Positions 43,897 to 52,594 of a DNA stretch of 64,000 bases are shown here, piece after piece. Location of the stretch: NCBI RefSeq assembly GCF_039541115.1, contig NZ_BAABFP010000007.1, forward strand, positions 558,001 to 622,000, given 5' to 3'. Below the pieces are notes generated by a model. That model was not told where the DNA came from and did no database searches. It saw nothing but the letters and a program-made list of their open reading frames with translations. The DNA comes from Angustibacter luteus. GTDB taxonomy: Bacteria > Actinomycetota > Actinomycetes > Actinomycetales > Angustibacteraceae. The position numbers and the translations under genes were made by a program. Position 1 is the stretch's first letter, and each line of letters opens with the position of its first letter.

Positions 43897-45602
43897 GACG
43901 GGGTCGGGTCGTCGCGCTCGTCCTCCTCGCGGGCGGGTAGCCCGACCACCTCACGCGCATCGACGGCGCTCTCGCCCGGAGGGAGGTTGGACAGGTCCGG
44001 TGCGATCACGGTGGGCATCTGCCCGGAGTCGGGGAGCCCGATGTGCGGCACCGCACCGACGCCCGGTGCCAGCACGAGCTCGGCCTGCCCGCGGGTCAGG
44101 GTGCGCCCGGCGAAGAAGTCCGGCCGGATCCGCGCGTAGACCTCCATCAGCACGACCCCGAGGACCAGCGAGCCGATCCCGAGCAGGAAGACCCCGCCGA
44201 TGCCGAACAGGGTGGTCTCGCCGTAGTCCGACTGGGAGTAGAGCTTGGCGGCGATGACGAAGGCACCGAGCAGCATGATGCCGCCGGCCAGCGGCAGCAC
44301 CCCCTGCATGACCAGGTCACGGAAGTTCCGGGTGAGGGTGCGCCGGTAGAACCACACGCAGGCGAAACCGGTGAGGCCGTAGTAGAACGCGATGAGCAGC
44401 CCGACGGCAGCGATCGAGTCCGCCAGGATGTTCTCGCTGACCAGCGTCAGGCCGACGTAGAAGACGATGGAGACCGCGCCCATCCAGACGGTCGACACAC
44501 TGGGCGTCAGGTAGCGCGGGTGGATCCTCGCGAACCGTGCCGGGATGGCCCGGTAGGCGCTCATCGACAGCGTGGTGCGGGCGGTCGGCAGGATCGTGGT
44601 CTGCGTGGAGGCCGACGCCGACGTGAGCACGCTGATCACCAGCAGTCCCTCCATCAGGCGGCCGAACGTGCTGTCGCCGAACACCGTCTGGCCGAGCGCG
44701 CGGAACACGTCGTCGGCGTTGTCGAGGTTGCCGAGCCCGATCCCGCTGGTCCCGACGCCGGCGAACGCCACGGTGGCGATCGAGACGATCGCGTAGGTGG
44801 CCAGCAGCAGGACGGTGGCGATGATGGCGGCCCGACCCGGCGTCCGGCCCGGGTCGTCGCTCTCCTCGTTGCAGGCGACCGCGGTGTCCCAGCCCCAGTA
44901 GATGAAGACCGCGATGAGCGTGGCGGTGACGACCGAGCTCAACGGCAGGCCGGTCGGGATCAGCCAGGACAGGCTCGGGTGCAGCGATCCCGGCGGGGCG
45001 TTGCCGGTGTAGACCTTGATCAGCGCGTAGGCGCTGAACACGACCAGCACCGTGACCTCGACGCTCAGCAACGCGTACTGGACGCGCGCGGACACCTCGA
45101 TGCCGCGGTAGCAGATGTACGTCATCAGGATGATCCACACGATCCCGGCGACCGTGCTCCAGAAGGTGCTGTCCGCCAACGAGTCCGCGCCGACCAGCTC
45201 GAAGCTGTACGACCCGGCGATCTGGGCCAGGTTGGCCATGACGATCACGTCGGCGGCGATGATGCCCCAGCCGCCCATCCACCCGACTCGTGCCCCGAAG
45301 GCCCGCGCGGCCCAGGTGAAGGTGGTCCCGCAGTCCGGCTCGGCCTTGTTCAGCTCGGCGTAGGCCACCGCGATGAAGTACATCGGCACGAACGCGAGGA
45401 GCATGATGGCCGGCGCCTTCACGCCGACGATGCCGTCACCTGCGGTCGTCGCGACGACGAAGCCCAGGCTGGCAGCGAGGCTGTACGCCGGCGCGGTGCT
45501 CGACATGCCGATGACGACGCTCGAGACCAGACCGAGAGCGCCGCCCTTCAAGCCCTTGCTTCCGGACGCCGCCGTGTCGGCGTTCGTCATGGCTTCAGCC
45601 AT
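43893..45602 (-). CDS. APC-family amino acid/polyamine permease
   Basis: 12 TM, STAPAYSL, FIYWGWD. Confidence 0.9.
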   Translation of the reverse strand: MAEAMTNADTAASGSKGLKGGALGLVSSVVIGMSSTAPAYSLAASLGFVVATTAGDGIVGVKAPAIMLLAFVPMYFIAVAYAELNKAEPDCGTTFTWAARAFGARVGWMGGWGIIAADVIVMANLAQIAGSYSFELVGADSLADSTFWSTVAGIVWIILMTYICYRGIEVSARVQYALLSVEVTVLVVFSAYALIKVYTGNAPPGSLHPSLSWLIPTGLPLSSVVTATLIAVFIYWGWDTAVACNEESDDPGRTPGRAAIIATVLLLATYAIVSIATVAFAGVGTSGIGLGNLDNADDVFRALGQTVFGDSTFGRLMEGLLVISVLTSASASTQTTILPTARTTLSMSAYRAIPARFARIHPRYLTPSVSTVWMGAVSIVFYVGLTLVSENILADSIAAVGLLIAFYYGLTGFACVWFYRRTLTRNFRDLVMQGVLPLAGGIMLLGAFVIAAKLYSQSDYGETTLFGIGGVFLLGIGSLVLGVVLMEVYARIRPDFFAGRTLTRGQAELVLAPGVGAVPHIGLPDSGQMPTVIAPDLSNLPPGESAVDAREVVGLPAREEDERDDPTPS

Positions 45603-45644
45603 CGTGACCTCCCGGGTCGGTGCCGAGCGTAGGGTCGCAGCGGA

Positions 45645-46454
45645 TCACTGGTCCAGGTCGACCTGGGCGAGGGTCACGCCCGGCGCCGCGCTCAGCGGCG
45701 TCGTCGTCCGCCAACGACCGGCGGTCTCCGTGGCGCAGGTGGCGGCCCTGGCCCCGCTCAGGTCCGGGCAGACGAGGTTCAGGATCGTCGACCCTTGCGG
45801 GGTCAGCTGGACGGTCAGGCCCAGCCCGTCCTCGGTGGCAGCGCCGATCGGCGCCAGGGTGGTCAGTGCCCGCCCGGGCACGGACTGCCGGGACCGGACC
45901 GTGGTCCCGACGAGCTGGTAGCGCAGCACCAGCTCGGTCGACGGCGAGGTCAGGGCGACGAAGCTGGGTTCGGTGGTGACCCGACGTGGCGCGGTGACCG
46001 GCCGGCCGTCGGCGGTCAGCGTCACGCCGAGCGCCTGCGGGACCTGTTCCGGCGCGGACGTCGGGTCCTGGGTCGCCGCCGGGCGTTGCACGCCGAGCAC
46101 GACGACGTCCCGCGGCTCGCGCAGGTGCAGGCGTTCCACCACGTCGATCGTGCCGTCGCCCTTGAGCGTGGCGGACACCAGGATCCCCGATGCCGCCGGC
46201 GCGATCGCCTCCTCCGGTGTCGGCCGCAGGTCGGCGGTCACCCGACCGGGGCTGCCCAGCTGGGGCGGTCGGTCGTACCGGATGACGGCGACCGTCGAAC
46301 CGGCGAGCGCCACGACCAGCAGGGTCAGCGCGGCGGGGACGAGGCTGCGGCGCAGCCAGAGGAGGCGCCGGCTCGGTGGTGCACCGGGCACGGGTCGAGC
46401 CATGAACTGGGGCAGGCGGACGTGTCCGGCGAGGCGGTCGAGCCAGTGCGCCAC
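45645..46454 (-). CDS. Hypothetical single-pass membrane protein
   Basis: AAGGAGG RBS before GTG 46454; one TM followed by a beta-rich domain with a Cys pair. Confidence 0.6.
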   Translation of the reverse strand: MAHWLDRLAGHVRLPQFMARPVPGAPPSRRLLWLRRSLVPAALTLLVVALAGSTVAVIRYDRPPQLGSPGRVTADLRPTPEEAIAPAASGILVSATLKGDGTIDVVERLHLREPRDVVVLGVQRPAATQDPTSAPEQVPQALGVTLTADGRPVTAPRRVTTEPSFVALTSPSTELVLRYQLVGTTVRSRQSVPGRALTTLAPIGAATEDGLGLTVQLTPQGSTILNLVCPDLSGARAATCATETAGRWRTTTPLSAAPGVTLAQVDLDQ

Positions 46455-46559
46455 GGGCACCTCCTTACTTTCCGCAACTGTCGCACGGTGACACGTGCGG
46501 CGGTACCGTGCAATTCCGCGATATTCACCACGGAACGTGATCATGGGAAGCGGACACCG

Positions 46560-47429
46560 ATGAACCAACGACGCAGAGTGACCTTGGCTGGGCTTGCCCT
46601 CACGATGCTCGGCGCGCTGCTGGCACCGTCGAGCGTCGCCGCCGCTGCCACCCCCTCCGTTCGGATCTACCTGCTCAACGGATTGCCCGGGCACAGCGTC
46701 GGCGTTCGCGTCGACGGGCGCTCGGTGGTCGGTGCGCTCGCTGCGGCGCACCAGCTCGGCCCGGTGCTGGTCCCTCGCGGCACGCACAAGGTCGAGTTCG
46801 TGTCCGCCGGTCGGATCGTGGCGACGAGCTCGATGACGGTCACGGCCGCTAGCAGCGACGTGGTGATCCACCGCCGGGTCGGCGCGAGCCGGGTCCCCGA
46901 GGTGACCGTGTTCGAGAACGACGTGAGCCGGGTGCCGAGCGGTCAGGGCCGGATCACGGTGGCGCACGTCGCCGCGATCGGGCCGGCCGACATCAGGGTC
47001 GACAAGAAGGTGGTGTTCGCCAACGTCGCCAACGGGGAGTTCAGCTCGGTGAAGGTCCCGTCGGGCAGCTACTCGGTGGACGTGGTGCCGACCGGGACCA
47101 CCGGCCCCGGCGTGCTCGGACCGTTGACCCTCAAGGTCACGCCCGGCGCGCTGACCCGCGTCTACGCCGTGGGGGACACCCAGGACGCGAGCATGAACGC
47201 CATCGTCCAGGTCATCCGGCTCGGCTCGAGCGGCGGGGACCCGACGCGGGTCGAGTCCGGCACCGGTGGTCAGGCAGCAGCGGCGGGGCTGACCACGTCC
47301 GGCGCGACCGGCGGGCCGACCGGACGAGCGGGCGCCTTCGCGCTGGTGGCCGCCCTGCTCGCCCTGGCACTCGTCCCCGGGCCGCGCCGTCGACTCATCC
47401 GCCGGGTTCGCCGTCCCGAGCGCGGCTAG
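46560..47429 (+). CDS. DUF4397-like secreted protein with C-terminal sorting signal
   Basis: Signal peptide; VAHVAAIGPADI, VPSGSYSVDV; C-terminal PTRVESGTGG, TM and RRR tail. Confidence 0.8.
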   Translation: MNQRRRVTLAGLALTMLGALLAPSSVAAAATPSVRIYLLNGLPGHSVGVRVDGRSVVGALAAAHQLGPVLVPRGTHKVEFVSAGRIVATSSMTVTAASSDVVIHRRVGASRVPEVTVFENDVSRVPSGQGRITVAHVAAIGPADIRVDKKVVFANVANGEFSSVKVPSGSYSVDVVPTGTTGPGVLGPLTLKVTPGALTRVYAVGDTQDASMNAIVQVIRLGSSGGDPTRVESGTGGQAAAAGLTTSGATGGPTGRAGAFALVAALLALALVPGPRRRLIRRVRRPERG

Positions 47430-47432
47430 CCG

Positions 47433-48092
47433 GTGCGGGGCCGAGCGTCGGCGCTCCTGCTGTCGCTGCTCGCGCTGTCGACGGGAGCGGGCTGCGCGAC
47501 CTCGAGCGGGGGCCACCCGGCTGCGGTGAGCACGTCGAGCAGTGCCAGGGCGTCCGCCGAGGCGCAGCCGCCGTTGCCGTCCGCCACCGCAGGTGCCGCC
47601 CGGCAGGGCGCGCCGGCACCGAGCCAGCTGCGCACGGCGGTTCCGGAGGCGGTCGTGCTGCCGGACGGAGTCCGCATGGTCGTGCGCCCGGTCGGTGCGG
47701 ACGCCCGAGGACGGCTCGCCGTGCCGGACGACGTGCACCAGGCCGGGTGGTGGTCCGGCGGTGCCCGGCTGGGCGACCGGTACGGGTCGATGGTGCTGGT
47801 CGGCCACGTCGACGCGGCCTCCCAGGGCATCGGCGACATGGCCGGCGTGCTGCGCTCGAGGAAGGGCGACCGGGTGCGGGTCGACGGTGCCGGACTGGCG
47901 CAGACGTACCAGGTGACGGCGACCCGCCAGCTCCCGAAGGGGGACCTGGCCGGGGCTGTGGTCGGCGGCGCTCGGCTGTTCGACCAGCGGACGCCGTCCA
48001 GGCTGGTGCTGGTGACCTGCTCGGGCCCGTTCGACCCGGCCACCCGGCACTACCGGGACAACTTCGTCGTGGTGGCCGCACCGGTGGCCTGA
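47433..48092 (+). CDS. Class F sortase
   Basis: LVGHVD, LVLVTCSGPF, YRDNFVV. Confidence 0.88.
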   Translation: MRGRASALLLSLLALSTGAGCATSSGGHPAAVSTSSSARASAEAQPPLPSATAGAARQGAPAPSQLRTAVPEAVVLPDGVRMVVRPVGADARGRLAVPDDVHQAGWWSGGARLGDRYGSMVLVGHVDAASQGIGDMAGVLRSRKGDRVRVDGAGLAQTYQVTATRQLPKGDLAGAVVGGARLFDQRTPSRLVLVTCSGPFDPATRHYRDNFVVVAAPVA

Positions 48093-48144
48093 CCCCCGGC
48101 TGGTGCCGTCACGTCGGGACGGCGGAGCGGGCTAGGGTCCGGTC

Positions 48145-49371
48145 ATGCGCATCCTGCTGGTCGGGTCCGGTGGCGTCGGGGACGCCTTCGCCCGCATCGC
48201 CGTCCGCCGTCCCTTCTTCGAGCAGCTCGTGGTCGCGGACTACGACCTGGCCCGGGCCGAGCGCACCGTCGCGGCGGTCGACGACCCTCGAGTGCTCGCG
48301 GCCCAGGTGGACGCGTCGTCCGCGCAGTCGGTCACGGACCTGGCGCGCGCGCACCAGGTCACCCACGTGATGAACGCGGTCGACCCGCGGTTCGTGATGC
48401 CCGTCTTCGAGGGTGCCTTCGCGGCCGGTGCGGACTACCTGGACATGGCGATGAGCCTGTCCCAGCCGCACCCCGAGCACCCGCACCGGCAGACCGGTGT
48501 GATGCTCGGCGACGAGCAGTTCGCGGTCGCGACCGACTGGGAGGCCGCCGGCCGGCTGGCCCTGGTCGGCATGGGGGTGGAGCCGGGGCTGTCCGACGTG
48601 TTCGCCCGGTACGCCTGCGACCACCTGTTCAGCCAGGTCGACGAGCTCGGCACCCGGGACGGCTCGAACCTGACGGTGGACGGCTACGAGTTCGCGCCGT
48701 CGTTCTCGATCTGGACGACGATCGAGGAGTGCCTGAACCCGCCCGTGGTGTGGGAGGCCGACCGCGGCTGGTTCACCACGGCGCCGTTCAGCGAGCCCGA
48801 GGTCTTCGACTTCCCGGACGGCATCGGTCCCGTGGAGTGCGTGAACGTGGAGCACGAGGAGGTGCTGCTGATGCCGCGCTGGCTCGACGCGAAGCGAGTC
48901 ACGTTCAAGTACGGGCTGGGCGAGGAGTTCATCGACGTCCTGCGCACGCTGCACAAGCTGGGACTCGACTCGACCGAGCCCGTGCGGGTCGGTGGGGTGC
49001 AGGTCAGCCCGCGGGACGTCGTCGCCGCGTGCCTGCCGGACCCGGCGGGGCTGGGGGACCGGATGCACGGCAAGACCTGCGCCGGGCTGTGGGTCACGGG
49101 CACCGGGACGGACGGGCAGCCGCGCGAGGTGTACCTCTACCACGTCGTCGACAACGACTGGTCGATGCAGGAGTACGGCGCGCAGTGCGTGGTGTGGCAG
49201 ACCGCGGTCAACCCCGTGGTCGCGCTCGAGCTGCTCGCGACGGGCGCGTGGTCCGGGTCGGGTGTGCTCGGTCCCGAGGCCTTCGACGCCGTGCCGTTCC
49301 TGGACCTGCTCCGCGACGGCTACGGGTCACCGTGGGGGCTGCGCGAGCAGACCCCGGGCCCAGCCAGCTAG
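48145..49371 (+). CDS. Saccharopine dehydrogenase-like oxidoreductase (carboxy(nor)spermidine dehydrogenase-like)
   Basis: VGSGGVG, YLDMA, GMGVEPGLS, EHEEV, GVLGPEAFD. Confidence 0.82.
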   Translation: MRILLVGSGGVGDAFARIAVRRPFFEQLVVADYDLARAERTVAAVDDPRVLAAQVDASSAQSVTDLARAHQVTHVMNAVDPRFVMPVFEGAFAAGADYLDMAMSLSQPHPEHPHRQTGVMLGDEQFAVATDWEAAGRLALVGMGVEPGLSDVFARYACDHLFSQVDELGTRDGSNLTVDGYEFAPSFSIWTTIEECLNPPVVWEADRGWFTTAPFSEPEVFDFPDGIGPVECVNVEHEEVLLMPRWLDAKRVTFKYGLGEEFIDVLRTLHKLGLDSTEPVRVGGVQVSPRDVVAACLPDPAGLGDRMHGKTCAGLWVTGTGTDGQPREVYLYHVVDNDWSMQEYGAQCVVWQTAVNPVVALELLATGAWSGSGVLGPEAFDAVPFLDLLRDGYGSPWGLREQTPGPAS

Positions 49372-50729
49372 TCGCCGGCGACCGCGGACTCGAGGACGTC
49401 GAGCGCCTCGGCCAGCAGGGCGTCGTCGATCACCAGCGGGGGCAGGAAGCGCAGCACGTTGCCGAAGGTGCCGCAGGTGAGCGTCAGCACACCCTGCTGG
49501 TGGCAGGCAGCGCTGATCCGGGCGGCCTCGGCCGGGTCGGGGTCGGTGCTGCCGGGCACGACCAGCTCGATGGCGACCATCGCGCCGCGGCCCCGGACGT
49601 CGCCGATCTGCGCGTGCTGACCGGCCAGTGCGGAGAGCCGGTCCAGCATCGTCCGACCGATGGCGGCGGCACGGCCCGCCAGGTCGTCCTCCTCGAGCGA
49701 CTCCAGGGCGCCCAGCGCCGCGGCGCAGGCGACCGGGTTGCCGCCGTAGGTGCCACCGAGGCCGCCGGCGTGCACCGCGTCCATCAGCTCGGCGCGGCCG
49801 GTGACCGCAGCGAGCGGCAGGCCCCCCGCGATGCCCTTGGCGGTCGTGATCAGGTCCGGCACCACGCCCTCGTCGTCGCATGCGAACAGCGTGCCGGTCC
49901 GGCCGAACCCGGTCTGGATCTCGTCGGCGACGAAGACGATGCCGTTCTCGGTGCACCACTGCGCGATGGCCGGCAGGAAGCCCGGCGCCGGGACGACGAA
50001 GCCGCCCTCGCCCTGGATCGGCTCGATCACGACGGCGGCGACCTCGTCGGCGCCCACCTGCTTGTCGATGACCGAGATCGCGCGACGCGCGGCCTCCGCG
50101 CCGCTGATCGGCACCGGCTCGCGGAACGGGTAGCTCATCGGGGCCCGGTAGACCTCGCCCGCGAACGGGCCGAAGCCGTGCTTGTACGGCATGGACTTCG
50201 CCGTCATGGCCATCGTGAGGTTGGTGCGGCCGTGGTAGGCGTGGTCGAAGACGACCACGGCGTCGCGGCCGGTGGCCACCCGGGCGATCTTGACCGCGTT
50301 CTCCACCGCCTCGGCGCCGGAGTTGAACAGCGCCGACTTCTTCGCGTGGTCGCCGGGGGTGAGCCGGGCCAGCGCCTCGCAGACCGCGACGTAGCCCTCG
50401 TACGGGGTGACCATGAAGCAGGTGTGGGTGAACTGCTGCACCTGCTCGGTGACCCGGGCGACGACCCGCGGGTTGGCGTTGCCCACGTTGACCACGGCGA
50501 TGCCCGAGCCCAGGTCGATCAGCGAGTTGCCGTCGACGTCCTGCAGCACGCCACCACCGGCGCGGGCGATGTAGACCGGCAGGGTGGTCCCGACGCCGTC
50601 GGCGACTGCCGCCTGCTTGCGCGCGTGCAGCGCACGCGAGCGCGGCCCGGGGATCTCGGTCAGCAGCTCGCGGCGCTGAGGAACTCCGTCGGCGACGGCG
50701 GGGGACGTGGACTCGCGCAGGTCGGTCAT
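49368..50729 (-). CDS. gabT: 4-aminobutyrate:2-oxoglutarate transaminase
   Basis: NSGAEAVENAVK, EPIQGEGG, DEIQTGFGRTG, AKGIAGG, GGTYGGNP. Confidence 0.93.
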   Translation of the reverse strand: MTDLRESTSPAVADGVPQRRELLTEIPGPRSRALHARKQAAVADGVGTTLPVYIARAGGGVLQDVDGNSLIDLGSGIAVVNVGNANPRVVARVTEQVQQFTHTCFMVTPYEGYVAVCEALARLTPGDHAKKSALFNSGAEAVENAVKIARVATGRDAVVVFDHAYHGRTNLTMAMTAKSMPYKHGFGPFAGEVYRAPMSYPFREPVPISGAEAARRAISVIDKQVGADEVAAVVIEPIQGEGGFVVPAPGFLPAIAQWCTENGIVFVADEIQTGFGRTGTLFACDDEGVVPDLITTAKGIAGGLPLAAVTGRAELMDAVHAGGLGGTYGGNPVACAAALGALESLEEDDLAGRAAAIGRTMLDRLSALAGQHAQIGDVRGRGAMVAIELVVPGSTDPDPAEAARISAACHQQGVLTLTCGTFGNVLRFLPPLVIDDALLAEALDVLESAVAGD

Positions 50730-50876
50730 GGCTCGCAGACTAGCCACGAGGCCGACCGGCCCGCACCGCCAGAGTGCGGCCCACGGGCCCGGACGGCTGA
50801 CAGTGTGACGCCCGACCCACCCGTGCGCTGGACTAGCGTCGAGCCGCGACCACCCGACCACCCGAAGGAGCCCGCG

Positions 50877-52340
50877 GTGACCCAGCAGGACGAGCGACGC
50901 GTCGTCGAGGCCGTACCCCAGGGCCTGTTCATCGGCGGTCAGTGGCGGCCGGCGTCCGACGGCGCCGAGCTGAAGGTGCTCGACCCCTCCACCGAAGAGG
51001 TGCTGACCACCGTCGCCGACGCCTCGGTGGCCGACGGCCGCGAGGCGCTGGACGCTGCGGTTGCCGCGCAGGCGGGGTGGGCCGCCACGCCGCCGCGCGA
51101 CCGCGGCGAGATCCTGCGCGCGGCCTACGAGAAGGTCACCGAGCGCGCGGAGGACCTCGCGCTGCTGATGACGCTCGAGATGGGCAAGCCGCTGAAGGAG
51201 GCGCTGGGCGAGATCACCTACGGCGCCGAGTTCTTCCGGTGGTTCTCCGAGGAGGCCGTGCGCATCTCCGGTCGCTGGTCGACGGCCCCGAACGGCGCCA
51301 CCCGGCTGCTCACCATGAAGCAGCCCGTGGGGCCGTGCCTGATGATCACGCCCTGGAACTTCCCGCTCGCGATGGGCACCCGCAAGATCGGCCCCGCCAT
51401 CGCGGCCGGCTGCACGATGGTGGTCAAGCCGGCGTCCCAGACCCCGCTGACCATGTACGCGCTCGCCCAGATCCTCACCGAGTGCGGGCTGCCGGACGGC
51501 GTCCTCAACGTGGTGACGACGTCCCACACCGGCGACGTGATGGAGCCGCTGATCCGCGACCCCCGGCTGCGCAAGCTGACCTTCACCGGGTCCACGCCGG
51601 TCGGCCGCCGGCTGGTCGAGCAGTCGGCCGAGGGCCTGCTGCGGGTGTCGATGGAGCTCGGTGGGAACGCCCCGTTCATCGTCTTCGGCGACGCCGACCT
51701 GGACCGCGCCGTGGACGGCGCCATGCTCGCCAAGATGCGCAACATCGGCGAGGCCTGCACCGCGGCGAACCGGTTCATCGTGCACGAGTCGGTCTCGGCC
51801 GAGTTCTCCGCCCGGCTGGCCGAGCGGATGGGCGCGCTCACCGTCGGTCGGGGGACCGAGGACGGCGTGGACGTCGGTCCGCTGATCGACGGCACCCAGC
51901 GGGACAAGGTGGCCGAGCTCGTCCAGGACGCCGTCGACCTCGGGGGCAAGGTCCTCACCGGTGGGGGAGCACTGGACGGCAAGGGCTTCTACTTCGCGCC
52001 CACCGTGCTGGGCGACGTCCCGACCCAGGCGCGGGTCTTCGGCGAGGAGATCTTCGGCCCGGTCGCGCCGATCACCACCTTCGCCACGGACGACGAGGCG
52101 CTGGCGCTGGCCAACGACACCGAGTACGGGCTGATCGCCTACGCCTTCACCCGCGACCTGGCCCGAGCCCTCGCCGTCGCCGAGGGCCTGGAGACCGGCA
52201 TGGTCGGGATCAACGCGGGGGTGGTGTCCAACCCGGCGGCGCCGTTCGGCGGCGTCAAGGCCAGCGGGTTCGGTCGCGAGGGCGGCGCCGAGGGCATCGA
52301 GGAGTACCTCGAGACCAAGTACGTCGGCATCGCCCCCTGA
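50877..52340 (+). CDS. gabD: NAD(P)-dependent succinate-semialdehyde dehydrogenase
   Basis: PWNFP, MELGGNAP, RNIGEACTAAN, FGREGG; AAGGAG RBS before GTG 50877. Confidence 0.9.
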   Translation: MTQQDERRVVEAVPQGLFIGGQWRPASDGAELKVLDPSTEEVLTTVADASVADGREALDAAVAAQAGWAATPPRDRGEILRAAYEKVTERAEDLALLMTLEMGKPLKEALGEITYGAEFFRWFSEEAVRISGRWSTAPNGATRLLTMKQPVGPCLMITPWNFPLAMGTRKIGPAIAAGCTMVVKPASQTPLTMYALAQILTECGLPDGVLNVVTTSHTGDVMEPLIRDPRLRKLTFTGSTPVGRRLVEQSAEGLLRVSMELGGNAPFIVFGDADLDRAVDGAMLAKMRNIGEACTAANRFIVHESVSAEFSARLAERMGALTVGRGTEDGVDVGPLIDGTQRDKVAELVQDAVDLGGKVLTGGGALDGKGFYFAPTVLGDVPTQARVFGEEIFGPVAPITTFATDDEALALANDTEYGLIAYAFTRDLARALAVAEGLETGMVGINAGVVSNPAAPFGGVKASGFGREGGAEGIEEYLETKYVGIAP

Positions 52341-52351
52341 CATCCCCGGCG

Positions 52352-52474
52352 TCACCCGTTCGGCCCAATCGCTCGGCGTGTCGGTGGCTGGCTGCCCGGG
52401 AAAGTCGAAGTTCCCGTGCTGGACTAGTCCGTTCGGGTGCATTCGGGTCCGATCGCACTGACCCGAACGGGTGA
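52352..52474. promoter_or_regulatory. Cluster of BldM/WhiI-like 16-bp boxes
   Basis: TCACCCGTTCGGCCCA (52352), TAGTCCGTTCGGGTGC (52425), TGACCCGAACGGGTGA (52459). Confidence 0.6.
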
Positions 52475-52517
52475 GATGCTCACCCACAGGTAGTGAGTTT
52501 CGGTAACTTCCTGCGAC

Positions 52518-52532
52518 GTGACGCTGCGTGCG
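52518..52532. promoter_or_regulatory. BldD-box-like palindrome
   Basis: GTGACGCTGCGTGCG, one mismatch to NTNACNC(A/T)GNGTNAN. Confidence 0.5.
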
Positions 52533-52594
52533 GCTTCAATCGCTCACAGCGATACAGCCCGCCCGGGGCTGCCCCGCATCGCTGAGGAGTGCCG

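Noticed and set aside
48729..52487. 1203-aa (+) and 1039-aa (-) ORFs
   Set aside because: Stop-free antisense or off-frame extensions of gabD and gabT, typical of very high GC DNA; real starts are 50877 and 50729
52341..52594. c-di-GMP riboswitch upstream of the GGDEF-EAL operon
   Set aside because: Could not identify class I or II consensus elements by eye; an Rfam/Infernal scan would decide
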